The notes beneath the pieces are model-generated. The model saw only the letters and a program-made list of their open reading frames with translations, did no database searches and was not told the origin of the DNA. Below are positions 11,347 through 22,646 of a stretch of DNA of 64,000 nt, piece by piece. Position 1 is the first letter of the stretch; each line of letters starts with the position of its first letter. This DNA comes from Actinobacteria bacterium UBA7524 (GTDB taxonomy: Bacteria > Actinomycetota > Coriobacteriia > Anaerosomatales > UBA912), in the NCBI GenBank assembly GCA_002478275.1, contig DLMY01000009.1, positions 18,991 through 82,990 of the forward strand, written 5' to 3'. Both the position numbers and the translations under genes were made by a program.

Positions 11347-11925
11347 TCACTCCTCGCGCGCCGGTCCTCCGGTGGTCACGACAACCATGGCCGGCCGGAT
11401 CACGCGGCCGTGCATCTCGTAGCCCTTCTGGAAGACCTCGGCGACGGTGCTGTCGGCGACCGAGACGTCCTCCTTCTGTCCGACCGCCTGGTGCAGCATC
11501 GCATCGAACGGCTCGCCTTGCGGATCGAGCTGCTCCACACCTTCCTTGGCGAGCACGTCGAGGAGCTGGCCGAGCACCATCTCGACCCCGGCATGCAGGT
11601 CAGGGTCGGAGTCACCCGCGTGCGCGAGCGCCCGCTCCAGGTTGTCGACGATAGGCAGCAGCGCCACGACCACGCGTTCGCCGGCGCGCTTGACCGCATC
11701 GGCCTGGTCGCGCACGACCCGCTTGCGGAAGTTCTCCAGCTCCGCCTGAAGCCGCTGCGCGGTCTCCAGGTTCGCCGCGGCTTCGGCCTGTGCGGCCTCG
11801 AGCTCCGTGCGGGCGGCCGCAGCCTCGGCCTCGAGCTGGTCGCCTCTCAGCGGGAACTCCGCTCCCAGATCGGCTTCCAGCTCGGGGTCGATGCGAGCGA
11901 CATCATCGTGTCTCAAGTCGGTCAT
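11347..11925 (-). CDS. grpE: Nucleotide exchange factor GrpE
   Basis: [19 protein letters not shown]...RPAMVVV; between dnaK and dnaJ. Confidence 0.95.
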   Translation of the reverse strand: MTDLRHDDVARIDPELEADLGAEFPLRGDQLEAEAAAARTELEAAQAEAAANLETAQRLQAELENFRKRVVRDQADAVKRAGERVVVALLPIVDNLERALAHAGDSDPDLHAGVEMVLGQLLDVLAKEGVEQLDPQGEPFDAMLHQAVGQKEDVSVADSTVAEVFQKGYEMHGRVIRPAMVVVTTGGPAREE

Positions 11926-11927
11926 GA

Positions 11928-13823
<1,896 letters not shown>

Positions 13824-13888
13824 CTTTCATTCTCCTTTCACCACGCGCCCGTGACGGGGCGCGCGAATACGGCATGTATCCGGATGTG

Positions 13889-13918
13889 AATCTAAAATCT
13901 CAGTCACTCATTGTCAAG
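13889..13918 (-). promoter_or_regulatory. dnaK sigma-70 promoter overlapped by a HAIR-like HspR operator
   Basis: Minus strand TTGACA-N17-TAGATT; CTTGACA-N7-ACTGAGA (13898-13918) resembles HAIR CTTGAGT-N7-ACTCAAG. Confidence 0.8.
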
Positions 13919-14005
13919 TTTTCTGTCAACATACACAGTATACCCATGCGCTCTCAGGGCCAATCACCCCCGACCGGAGAATCCAGAGAACGGCCCAGAA
14001 GTGTC

Positions 14006-14034
14006 TTTACATCAGGTGCGCTCGTCGGTAGAGT
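14006..14034 (+). promoter_or_regulatory. Sigma-70-type promoter for ferredoxin
   Basis: TTTACA-N17-TAGAGT. Confidence 0.55.
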
Positions 14035-14081
14035 GACGTGCGATACGCACCGGTCATTCAGAGAATCGCCGAGGAGGCCCG

Positions 14082-14270
14082 ATGCCCCGACCCATCATCA
14101 ACGAAGATGACTGCTCCGCCTGCGGGATATGCGTTGACACCTGCCCCGAGGGCGTACTTGAGATCGTCGGAGACACCGCCGAAGCCGTGAACGACGAAGA
14201 CTGCACCGCCTGCGCCGCATGCATGGAAGAATGTCCCATGGGTGCGATCACAGAGATCGAAGAGGACTAG
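14082..14270 (+). CDS. 2x[4Fe-4S] ferredoxin
   Basis: CSACGICVDTCP and CTACAACMEECP; RBS GAGGAGG. Confidence 0.93.
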   Translation: MPRPIINEDDCSACGICVDTCPEGVLEIVGDTAEAVNDEDCTACAACMEECPMGAITEIEED

Positions 14271-14295
14271 CGCCCCGTCTCTGGACCCGTCGCAC

Positions 14296-14862
14296 TCACC
14301 AGGCACTACCTCGGGGCTTGAGATTCCTGAGCTGGTTCCACACCTTGCGCTTGCGTGACGTCGTGCCGAGCGAGGCCTCAAAGCCGTCCAGCGCAAGGAA
14401 GGTTCTGCCATGATGCGCCCGCGTCTTCCCAGGCTCGAGCCGAGGAAGACCGAACGCCGCTGCGAGGTCGGATGCGGCCGTGCCGTCTAGAGCGATGACT
14501 GCCTGCGGGTCGACCGTCTCCACCTGCTCGCATATCCTCCTCGCGGCTTCTGCCGCGTCGATAGGTCCGGACGGGCGAGACAGGGTGCAGAAGACCTTCG
14601 GCGAATCGAAACCAAGCGCTTCAAGAGCCTTGCGGATGGCTTCGCCATCCTGTCCGGTGAGTGCACCGCCGCCCGAAGCCTCAGCGGGACCGGGACCGCC
14701 CTTGACGAGCACCACCTCCGCCATCACATCGCCGGTCCACGGCACCCAGGCGACATCGGAAACGCGCAGGTCGGCGTCGTGGAGTTCGGTTGTGGCCTTG
14801 GTGACGCACAAATCGTGGACCGCTGCCGGGTCGTCCGCGACGACGGCACCGTCCCTATGCAT
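14296..14862 (-). CDS. Hypothetical protein, degenerate uracil-DNA-glycosylase-like fold
   Basis: GDVMAEVVLVKGGPGPAE..G.ALTGQDGEAI and VDPQAVIALDG resemble family-4 UDG; ATG 14862 overlaps epimerase stop. Confidence 0.6.
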   Translation of the reverse strand: MHRDGAVVADDPAAVHDLCVTKATTELHDADLRVSDVAWVPWTGDVMAEVVLVKGGPGPAEASGGGALTGQDGEAIRKALEALGFDSPKVFCTLSRPSGPIDAAEAARRICEQVETVDPQAVIALDGTAASDLAAAFGLPRLEPGKTRAHHGRTFLALDGFEASLGTTSRKRKVWNQLRNLKPRGSAW

Positions 14863-15799
14863 CACTCGACTCCGCGAACCATCCGTACGTCGCGGCGATG
14901 CCTGCATCCAGAGGGACGCGCGCGTCCCAACCGAACACCTCCAGGGCTTTGGCCGGGTCCAGCACACTGTGGGGGACGTCTCCCGCCCGTGCGGGAGCGT
15001 GCTGGACGGGCCCCGCGTATCCGCTCGCGGCGCGCAGCAGCTCGACCAACTCCAGCACGCTGACGCTGCTGCCGGTGGAGATGTTGTAGGCTGGCCCTCT
15101 CCCACGGCCTTCACACAGTCTGTGTTCGGTGGATATCGCAGCCGCGACAGCGGAGATCACGTCCCCGACGTAGATGAAATCCCTGGTCTGTTCACCGCTA
15201 CCGAAGAGTACCGGAGCCTTCCCGTCGACCATACTCGATGCGAATATGGCCACCACGCCGCCTTCACCTTGTGCGTCCTGGCGCGGTCCGTAGACGTTGG
15301 CGAACCGGAAGCTCGCGAAATCGACGTCCCCGCTCGTCAACTCCGCCGCGAGCACCTCTTCTGCCGCCAGCTTCGAATGCCCGTAGGGACTCTCAGGTGA
15401 CTTGCGTGCCGTCTCGGCAAGTGGCAACTCAACCGGGTCCCCGTAGACGGCCGCAGACGATGCGGAGAGTACAAGCCGGGCTCCTGCCTCACGGGCTGCG
15501 ATGGCCACCGCCCGGGTACCCTCGACATTGGTCCTCCAGTCCAGTTCGGGGTCGCGCAAGGACACAGGGACGCTCGACTGGGCCGCGAGATGGACGACGA
15601 CCTCGGGTCCGAAACGCTCGAATTCCTTCATGATCCGCTCGTCCAGTATGTCCAGATGGGCGAAGTCGACCTCGGGGTGCAGGTTGGCCGAAGACCCTGT
15701 GGACAGATCATCGACGACCAGGATCTCATGCTCGCCGACCAGGGCCCACGCCAGATTGGACCCGATGAAGCCGGCACCTCCCGTGATCAGCAATCGCAT
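14855..15799 (-). CDS. NAD-dependent epimerase/dehydratase (UDP-glucose 4-epimerase-like)
   Basis: TGGAGFIG, SSAAVYG, YGHSK, NVYGPRQ, QTRDFIYV. Confidence 0.92.
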   Translation of the reverse strand: MRLLITGGAGFIGSNLAWALVGEHEILVVDDLSTGSSANLHPEVDFAHLDILDERIMKEFERFGPEVVVHLAAQSSVPVSLRDPELDWRTNVEGTRAVAIAAREAGARLVLSASSAAVYGDPVELPLAETARKSPESPYGHSKLAAEEVLAAELTSGDVDFASFRFANVYGPRQDAQGEGGVVAIFASSMVDGKAPVLFGSGEQTRDFIYVGDVISAVAAAISTEHRLCEGRGRGPAYNISTGSSVSVLELVELLRAASGYAGPVQHAPARAGDVPHSVLDPAKALEVFGWDARVPLDAGIAATYGWFAESSDA

Positions 15800-15814
15800 C
15801 TCTCGTTCCAGCTC

Positions 15815-16513
15815 CTAACGGTCAGTGGCTATGCGCGCGACGCCGGTCAGGTCTGCATGGACTATGAGGCGATATTGCGCGCTGTATGGCGGGTCGCATG
15901 CCGAAAGAGTCAGCCGGGGATCCTCGGTCGAATCCATGACATCGACCCTGTCGGGAGTCACGCGTACCTTCTCGGTCACGATGTAGCGATAGCGCCGGTA
16001 CGGCGAGTACAGGTCGATGGTATCACCTTGTTCGAGCTCGTCGATCCGCCGAAAGGGCCCACCGTACGTGGTCCGGTGACCAGCGATGCCGCAGTTGCCG
16101 ACGGGACCGGGTAGATCGGTGTATGCGATCCAGCCCGGGCCGCGTTTCAGCTCAGGTCGCCCGTGACCCTTGACCACGAACACGTCCACCCCGATGCTTG
16201 CCGCCACCAGGCGGCCGAATACCTCCCCATCTGCAAGCCCCGTCCAATACGCGGCGTCCTGCTCCTCCCAGCCTTCAAGATCGAACGGCTCGTCCCCGAC
16301 AAGGACGGGATCGCCGGATCCCGCCGGGCCGGGAAGGCCCTGCGCGAGACGGGTCTGGTCGAGACGGGCAGCGATGTCGGTCACGCCATAGTAGACAGCC
16401 AGGCCTACGGACAGTCCTAGCAGCAGATTCCCTACAGCGTGAGCCGTCAACCTCATGAAGCTTCGGCGCACCGGCAAGACCTCTCCAGCGACCGCTTCTC
16501 CCGCCAACGTCAT
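15815..16513 (-). CDS. Sortase (class D/E-like)
   Basis: N-terminal TM, AGHRTTYGGPF, LTLSAC..PYSAQYRL (His/Cys/Arg triad); start uncertain. Confidence 0.88.
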   Translation of the reverse strand: MTLAGEAVAGEVLPVRRSFMRLTAHAVGNLLLGLSVGLAVYYGVTDIAARLDQTRLAQGLPGPAGSGDPVLVGDEPFDLEGWEEQDAAYWTGLADGEVFGRLVAASIGVDVFVVKGHGRPELKRGPGWIAYTDLPGPVGNCGIAGHRTTYGGPFRRIDELEQGDTIDLYSPYRRYRYIVTEKVRVTPDRVDVMDSTEDPRLTLSACDPPYSAQYRLIVHADLTGVARIATDR

Positions 16514-16594
16514 GGCTCGTCTCCGGTGTTCCTCGGCATCACTGAATCCTATTCTGCCGCACTTTCCCGATTGTGACCCACGTTGCAGAAAAAC

Positions 16595-16610
16595 TGTGAC
16601 GAATCCCACA
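16595..16610. promoter_or_regulatory. CRP/FNR-family-like site
   Basis: TGTGA-N6-CCACA (9/10 to TGTGA-N6-TCACA); weaker copy at 16572-16587. Confidence 0.45.
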
Positions 16611-16618
16611 AATGGGCC

Positions 16619-16645
16619 TAATGATTCCGAACGGGATGCCGATAA
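16619..16645 (+). promoter_or_regulatory. Sigma-28 (FliA/SigD/WhiG)-type promoter
   Basis: TAAT-N15-GCCGATAA versus consensus TAAA-N15-GCCGATAA, about 40 nt before the riboswitch. Confidence 0.7.
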
Positions 16646-16685
16646 GAGAGATGTAGGGATTTGAGAACTGCACAGAGGGACCAGC

Positions 16686-16784
16686 TCCCCGAAAAAGGCA
16701 CAGCTCACCGAAAGGCGAGTGTCGCAAAGTCACGGGTCTACCGGAGGCCGTAAGAGACCTCCCACGACAGCCGGACTGCCGGGT
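16686..16784 (+). ncRNA. c-di-GMP-I (GEMM) riboswitch
   Basis: GGCACAGCTCACC-GAAA-GGCGAGTGTCGCAAAGTCACGGGTCTAC...GACAGCCGGACTGCCG: GNRA loop, CGCAAAG junction, receptor and GCCG..CTGCC 3' end. Confidence 0.88.
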
Positions 16785-16883
16785 ACGAAGCCGGTCGCAG
16801 AAGCGGCCCGGATCCACCCAGCACTTTGAAGGGAGGAGCCGGGCTCTTTGTGCGAACGAGGCTCGTACCAAGGGGTGTTGGAG

Positions 16884-17480
16884 ATGAAGACCACAAACCA
16901 CGCGAGAGTCGCCAGAACGGTAGCTTTGCTTCTGGCCACCTCACTGATCGCAAGCGTCGCGCCCGCCGGCGCGGCGATCGACGGACCACGGGCCACCCGC
17001 TCCTTCACCTCTGGACTCGCCGAAGCGATGCCGCTTGAGGCCACCGAGAAGGTCCCGGTCACAGCCACCCGTCCTGCGAAGGTCGAGCAGGTCACTCCCA
17101 GAGTTCAAGTGAAGGTGGATCCCGCCCCGGCCAGTGTCTCCGTGAGCGGCCAGGCGACGACGGCCAATAGCACTCCGGTCAAGGCCACCGGAACCGCCTC
17201 CAGCACTTCCAGCCTCGCCCGCGCCCGCGCGATCCTGACGGACAGGATCGCCCGCTTCCCGATCCTGAGAGGGACCACCGTGGAGTTCGGCGACGCGCGC
17301 GGGTACCAGGCCATCGCACTGTACAAGAGCGGGCGCATCATCATCAGCCCGACCCACACCGCCTCCCTTGAGCGAATCATCGACCACGAGATCTGGCACA
17401 TCATCGACTGGAGGGACAACGGCAGCATCGATTGGGGAGAGAACGTACCGCCGGCCGACTGGAAGCAGTACATGAACTAG
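16884..17480 (+). CDS. Secreted protein with HExxH zincin-like motif
   Basis: Signal peptide ending APAGA, Ala/Thr/Pro linker, IIDHEIWHIID near the C-terminus. Confidence 0.75.
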   Translation: MKTTNHARVARTVALLLATSLIASVAPAGAAIDGPRATRSFTSGLAEAMPLEATEKVPVTATRPAKVEQVTPRVQVKVDPAPASVSVSGQATTANSTPVKATGTASSTSSLARARAILTDRIARFPILRGTTVEFGDARGYQAIALYKSGRIIISPTHTASLERIIDHEIWHIIDWRDNGSIDWGENVPPADWKQYMN

Positions 17481-17555
17481 CAGCAACTCTCCTTGCGCAG
17501 CACTCCTCCCAACGAAGTCTTCCCGCAAAGCGATGCCGACCCTCCAGGTCAATGT

Positions 17556-17591
17556 GTGAAGCCCCGGCGGGGCCCCTCCCCGGGGCTTCAC
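17556..17591. terminator. Terminator hairpin between convergent genes
   Basis: 12-bp inverted repeat GTGAAGCCCCGG...CCGGGGCTTCAC; second hairpin near 17628-17653. Confidence 0.65.
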
Positions 17592-17679
17592 TGCATCACG
17601 CGACCGGCAACAAGCACGTGAATAGAGAGAGGAGCCCCCGTGGGGGCCCCTCGTGTGTGTCCGTGATCGATCCGTGTCG

Positions 17680-19662
17680 TTATGCCTTGCGCACCGCCAA
17701 TCTCAACGTCGCACCAGCCAACGCCGCGAACAGCGCGGCCATGGCCAGCAGCATCGACTCACCGCCGGTGAAGGGCAGGAACTCTTCGTCCGCCTTCACT
17801 GGCTTGACCGTATCGGTCTCGTCCTCAGTGAATGGCACGAAGGGGTTGTCGACCTTCACGGTCGCGTCGTCTGTGTTGTTCGACAGGTTCTCGTCATCGG
17901 GGTGGCTGATGACCACCACGTTATCGATGTCGGTCTCGCCGATCGGCATCGTCGTCTTCACGCGGGCTGTGTAGCTGATGGTCTGGGGTCCGTCCTCGGC
18001 CGCAAGCGGTCCGGGCATCATCCAGGTGATCTTCCCATCCGCCACGATACCTCCCGCCGAATCGATGATGTCGAGATAGCGCTCATCGTAGTCATCGACG
18101 ATCAGGTAGTTCGAAGCCGCACCGTCACCGATATTGCGGAACGTGAGCGTATAGACCACGGTCTGTCCCGGGCTTGCGCTCGACACGCTCGCGACTTTCT
18201 CGATCGCGAGATCGGGAGCGGTGAAGGGCTCGAACGGATCTTCGCTGTTACCGAAGATCAGTCCCTCTATGGCCGAACCGTTGGAGACCTCGAACGGGTC
18301 CTCGGGTCCGACTGTCATGAACCAGCCGTCGCGGTCTTCCTCGGCGACCTTGTAGGAGCCGGGAACGAGTCCGCTGAAGCTGAATGCTCCACCGTCACCT
18401 GTGGTGGTGACTGCGTAGAGGATCTCTTCGATTCCGCCTTCACCCTCAACCAGGCGGTACAGGTAGATGGTCCAGCCGGCCATGCCGTCCTCGCCATCGT
18501 CCCAGATACCATCAGCGTCGGCGTCATCGAACTTGAAGCCGGAGGCGCTTGCTTCATAGTCGAACTCGTTGAGTTCGTCTTGGAGCAATGTCTCGGGCTC
18601 ACCGGTACCGAGCAAGATGTGCTCCTCGCCCAGTACTATCCACCAGGACACGGTGATCGTGCTTCCGTGCGGCAGATCGACCTCACCGACGTAGGGTCCA
18701 TCGCCGGTCAGCGGGACCTCGATGGTTCCCGATCCCTCAAGCGAGAAGCTTGCATAGAACTCAGCTCCCAGCGGCGGGGCGTCGAACGTGAGGCTGAAGG
18801 ACTTGGTGACGTCCTCTTCGGGCTCATCGCATTCCTGGATCGTGTGTGTGAACAACAGGCCGGGCCATTCACCCTGACCTGCCCAGGCGGTCTCGCCCTG
18901 CTGGCCGTTGGAGACTTCAGCGTGCGCTGCGATGTAGACCGTATCGCCAGGAGCCGCACCGATATCTGCCAACGGGATGGTGTACGTGAAGGATGTGACT
19001 GCCGGATCATGTGTTGTCTGGTAGGGGAACGACCCGGGTGCATAGGACGCCGGGGGAACAAGGCCCACGTAGAGGTGGGTCAGCCCCATCGTCCATCCAC
19101 CTGTGGTCGCGAACGTCACGTACAGGTTGTCCGCATCCTGGGTTGCGGAAACAGTACCCACATCGATGTGCTGGCCCGCCCAGAACGTCGCGATCGTCGT
19201 GAGCTCACAGCCCTCGCCGACCACTATCGGAGCGGGGAAATCATCGCGCGGCCCATTGGCCGCCTCGACCTTACCATCGTCTTCGACCTTGAGCGGAAGA
19301 GCGACGACCGGGACCGTCACGGGTGCTACCTCGACGGACTCGGACGCGTCCTTCTCAACCTCGGATTCGACGTGAACCTCAGCGGAATCATCTACTGCCT
19401 CTTCCGGTACTCTCTCCTTGTCGGGGACCGGGGCCTCTATGACGACCTCGTCCTCCACCGGTACCGGAACTGGCTCCTCTTCAACGACCGGATCGGGCTC
19501 CGGTGTCTCCGGGGCCAGAACAGTCTCTTCCAGAGGTGCCGCTGGTGTCTCGTCGGCGAAGACGGCAACGCCTGGGCTCGCAAGTGCGGTGACCAACATG
19601 AGTGCCATCGCTACCGACATCACGCGTCCTGCACGGTGCTTACGTACGCTTGCCCACAACAT
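17680..19662 (-). CDS. Sortase-anchored surface protein (SdrD-B/Cna-like and DUF11-like domains, LPFTG)
   Basis: Signal peptide, acidic Pro-rich linker, GFKFDDADADGIWDDGE, DLAIEK..PGQTVVYTLT, C-terminal LPFTG + TM + RK. Confidence 0.85.
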   Translation of the reverse strand: MLWASVRKHRAGRVMSVAMALMLVTALASPGVAVFADETPAAPLEETVLAPETPEPDPVVEEEPVPVPVEDEVVIEAPVPDKERVPEEAVDDSAEVHVESEVEKDASESVEVAPVTVPVVALPLKVEDDGKVEAANGPRDDFPAPIVVGEGCELTTIATFWAGQHIDVGTVSATQDADNLYVTFATTGGWTMGLTHLYVGLVPPASYAPGSFPYQTTHDPAVTSFTYTIPLADIGAAPGDTVYIAAHAEVSNGQQGETAWAGQGEWPGLLFTHTIQECDEPEEDVTKSFSLTFDAPPLGAEFYASFSLEGSGTIEVPLTGDGPYVGEVDLPHGSTITVSWWIVLGEEHILLGTGEPETLLQDELNEFDYEASASGFKFDDADADGIWDDGEDGMAGWTIYLYRLVEGEGGIEEILYAVTTTGDGGAFSFSGLVPGSYKVAEEDRDGWFMTVGPEDPFEVSNGSAIEGLIFGNSEDPFEPFTAPDLAIEKVASVSSASPGQTVVYTLTFRNIGDGAASNYLIVDDYDERYLDIIDSAGGIVADGKITWMMPGPLAAEDGPQTISYTARVKTTMPIGETDIDNVVVISHPDDENLSNNTDDATVKVDNPFVPFTEDETDTVKPVKADEEFLPFTGGESMLLAMAALFAALAGATLRLAVRKA

Positions 19663-19897
19663 CGCCGTTCACCTCCTCCTCTGTCTCGGGACCTTTGTCT
19701 TGGTCCCGTTCGCGTCACCCCTGCCCCTTTCGGGATGACCTGTATTGTTCTCTGAAGATTACGTACCCGAACTTAGTCTCTACTAATCTTCTTTCTTCCT
19801 GTCTACTAACATCTTGCGACTGCCGCTGTGCTTTCCCGCCTCGACCCCTCACCTCCTATGAGGCTCTCGTGCGGCGGCCTTCTCCGTCAGAGACACG

Positions 19898-19934
19898 AAA
19901 AGACCGGCCCGCTAGTACAAATGCGGGCCGGTCT
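19898..19934 (-). terminator. Intrinsic terminator (minus strand) between lon and the surface-protein gene
   Basis: 12-bp perfect stem AGACCGGCCCGC/GCGGGCCGGTCT with a short U tract. Confidence 0.75.
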
Positions 19935-20015
19935 CACCATTGACTCAGCACTGGCTTACTGGTGACCGAAACACTGACTCCAGTGCGTCCATGTCTCCCG
20001 TCTTACACCGAGGAC

Positions 20016-20031
20016 TGTGACGTGCGTCACA
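20016..20031. promoter_or_regulatory. CRP/FNR-family binding site (perfect consensus)
   Basis: TGTGA-CGTGCG-TCACA, intergenic. Confidence 0.6.
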
Positions 20032-20130
20032 CTTCCCTGGCAAGACAGTACATACCCCGTGCGGAGAAAATGCCACGAAGAATCGGATGCGTAAGGACGA
20101 ACAGTTGCCGGTCTGTGCAGCGTGCCGCGC

Positions 20131-22536
20131 TCAGCCACGAGTCTTTCGCGCGCGGTTCTTGATCTTCGGTTTGCACGTGCGGACGAGAGCTTTCTCCAGC
20201 ACATCATCCATGCTGTCCACAGGGATGATGGAAAGATCCTCGCGGACGTGATCGGGCAGCAGGTCGAGGTCGCGAACGTTCTCCTTGGGAATCAGGACCG
20301 TCGACACGCCCGCCCGATGCGCAGCGAGGAGCTTCTCCTTCAGGCCTCCGATCGGCAACACCCGGCCCCTGAGCGTGATCTCCCCAGTCATCGCGATGTC
20401 GCGACGCACCGGGCACCCCATCAGACAGGAAGCGAGTGCTGTCGCCATCGTGATCCCTGCTGAGGGGCCGTCTTTAGGGATCGCGGCTGCGGGCACATGG
20501 ATATGCATGTCGTACTTCTCGTTGAACTCCTCATCGAGGGCTAACTCGGTGGTGCGCGTCCTTATGTATGAGACCGCCGCCTGGGCAGACTCTCTCATAA
20601 CATCTCCAAGCTGACCGGTCAGAGTCAGCTTGCCGTTCCCCTTCATCTTGGTCGCCTCGATGAAGATGACGTCTCCTCCGACCTCGGTCCACACCAACCC
20701 GGTCGCCACTCCGACCTCATCGCGTTCCTCGGCAAGGCCGTACGAGAACTTCGGCGGACCCAGGTACTTGTGCAACGTCCGTGCGGTGACCCGCGTCTTG
20801 CTCTTCTTTCCCTCCACGACCTTGCGAGCGACCTGCCGGGCGATCATCGCGATGGTACGCTCCAGGCCGCGCACGCCGGCTTCGCGCGTGTACCTGCGCA
20901 CGATCTCCCTGATCGCGTCGTCCGTGATCTCTAGCTTGCCCGAGGAGAGTCCGTGCTCCCGCAGCTGCTTGGTGACCAGGTACTGATGCGCGATGTTCGC
21001 CTTCTCGTCTTCCGTGTAGCCGGGGAAGTGGATGACTTCCATCCTGTCACGCAATGCGGGCGGTATGGGGTCGAGTAGATTGGCGGTGGTGATGAACATG
21101 GTGTTGGACAGATCGAATGGCGCCTCGAGGTAGTGGTCCTGGAACGCGAAGTTCTGTTCGGGGTCGAGGACCTCGAGCAACGCGCTGGTCGGATCGCCCC
21201 GGAAGTCCATCCCCACCTTGTCAATCTCGTCCATCATGAACACGGGGTTCTTGGTGCCCGCGGTGGTGATCGACTGGATGATGCGGCCGGGCAGTGCACC
21301 CACGTACGTCCGCCGGTGTCCCCGTATCTCCGCCTCGTCACGCACACCACCGAGCGACATGCGGATGAACTCGCGTCCGAGCGAGCGCGCGATCGACTTG
21401 CCGATGGACGTCTTGCCGACGCCCGGAGGTCCGACGAAGCAGAGGATCGGCCCGCGCATCCTGTCGGTAAGCTTGTGCACGGCCAGGTATTCGAGGACGC
21501 GCTCTTTGACCTTCTCCAGTCCGTAATGGTCCTCGTCCAGGATGTTCTGGGCTTCGACGAGGTCGAGTTTCTCCTCGGACTCCTTGGTCCAGGGCAGCCC
21601 TATGAGCCAGTCCAGGTAGGTGCGGATGACCGACGTCTCGGCGCTCGCGGGGGGCATCTTCTCCAGGCGGCTCAGCTCTTTGAGTGCCTTCTCCTCGACT
21701 TCTTCGGGCATCCCGGCTGCGGCGATGCGCTCGCGGTACTCGTCCATCTCCGCCTGTATCTCGTCGTACTGGCCGAGCTCCTGCTGTATCGCCTTGAGTT
21801 GCTCACGGAGGAAGTACTCTCGCTGCGTCTTGGTCATCTGCTCCTTGACCCGGGACTGGATCTTGCTTCCCAGTTCGAGGATCTCGAGTTCCTTGCGCAG
21901 AAAACCCGCTGCCAACTCAAGCCGTTCCCGCGCATCGATGGCCTCGAGGATCTGCTGCTTCTCTTCCACCTTCAGGTTGAGATGGAATGCTACGAAGTCC
22001 GCCAGCCGGCCGGGTTCCTGGATCGTCGAGGCCGCCATGAGGACCTCTTGGGGGATCGGCTTGCCCAGCTCACCGGCTTTCTCGAAGTCGTTGATGAGCG
22101 CCCGCATGAGTGCTTCGAGTTCGACATCGACGTGCGGAGATTCATCGATGAGCTCTACCCTGACCTGGAAGTAAGGCTCAGACTGGATCCATTCGAGGAT
22201 CCGTATGCGCTTCTGCCCCTCGACCAGCGCTTTGGCTGTACCGTCCGGGAGCTTGAGTTCTTGCATGATCGTCGCCACGCAGCCGATCTCGTAGACGTCT
22301 TCGGGTCCCGGGTCGGCGAGCTCCGCGTGCTTCTGGGTCACGAGGGCCACCATATGACTCTGGCGCATCGACTCTTCAAGGGCGTTGATCGACCGCTCTC
22401 TGCCGACGAACAGAGGCACCACGAGATTCGGGAACAGAATGAGGTCCCGAAGCGGGATGAGTGGCAGTATGGTGGGTATGGGTTGGACTCCGCTGTGCTC
22501 CGACATCTCGGGAGCGGCTCCTTTCACAGGGGTCAT
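20131..22536 (-). CDS. lon: ATP-dependent Lon protease
   Basis: Lon N domain, [27 protein letters not shown]; start may be 22506. Confidence 0.96.
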   Translation of the reverse strand: MTPVKGAAPEMSEHSGVQPIPTILPLIPLRDLILFPNLVVPLFVGRERSINALEESMRQSHMVALVTQKHAELADPGPEDVYEIGCVATIMQELKLPDGTAKALVEGQKRIRILEWIQSEPYFQVRVELIDESPHVDVELEALMRALINDFEKAGELGKPIPQEVLMAASTIQEPGRLADFVAFHLNLKVEEKQQILEAIDARERLELAAGFLRKELEILELGSKIQSRVKEQMTKTQREYFLREQLKAIQQELGQYDEIQAEMDEYRERIAAAGMPEEVEEKALKELSRLEKMPPASAETSVIRTYLDWLIGLPWTKESEEKLDLVEAQNILDEDHYGLEKVKERVLEYLAVHKLTDRMRGPILCFVGPPGVGKTSIGKSIARSLGREFIRMSLGGVRDEAEIRGHRRTYVGALPGRIIQSITTAGTKNPVFMMDEIDKVGMDFRGDPTSALLEVLDPEQNFAFQDHYLEAPFDLSNTMFITTANLLDPIPPALRDRMEVIHFPGYTEDEKANIAHQYLVTKQLREHGLSSGKLEITDDAIREIVRRYTREAGVRGLERTIAMIARQVARKVVEGKKSKTRVTARTLHKYLGPPKFSYGLAEERDEVGVATGLVWTEVGGDVIFIEATKMKGNGKLTLTGQLGDVMRESAQAAVSYIRTRTTELALDEEFNEKYDMHIHVPAAAIPKDGPSAGITMATALASCLMGCPVRRDIAMTGEITLRGRVLPIGGLKEKLLAAHRAGVSTVLIPKENVRDLDLLPDHVREDLSIIPVDSMDDVLEKALVRTCKPKIKNRARKTRG

Positions 22537-22646
22537 ACGACACGCGCAGCCGTGCGATAATCATTCTGCCCGATTCCTTACCACGATACACGAGCGCATC
22601 CTGCCGGATGTGCTGAGAATGGAAGAAGATCCCGGAGCCATGAAGC

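Noticed and set aside
17653..19755. Long antisense or alternative-frame ORFs (e.g. 17653-19755 +, 10149-11654 +, 21133-22560 +, 5' extension of 31359-33284)
   Set aside because: Shadows of real genes in high-GC DNA, with no motifs
19960..20040. c-di-GMP-II riboswitch resemblance (GGAA..UGA...GGAGUCAGU)
   Set aside because: The 3' end and P3 pairing do not fit; the palindrome is better explained as a CRP-type DNA site
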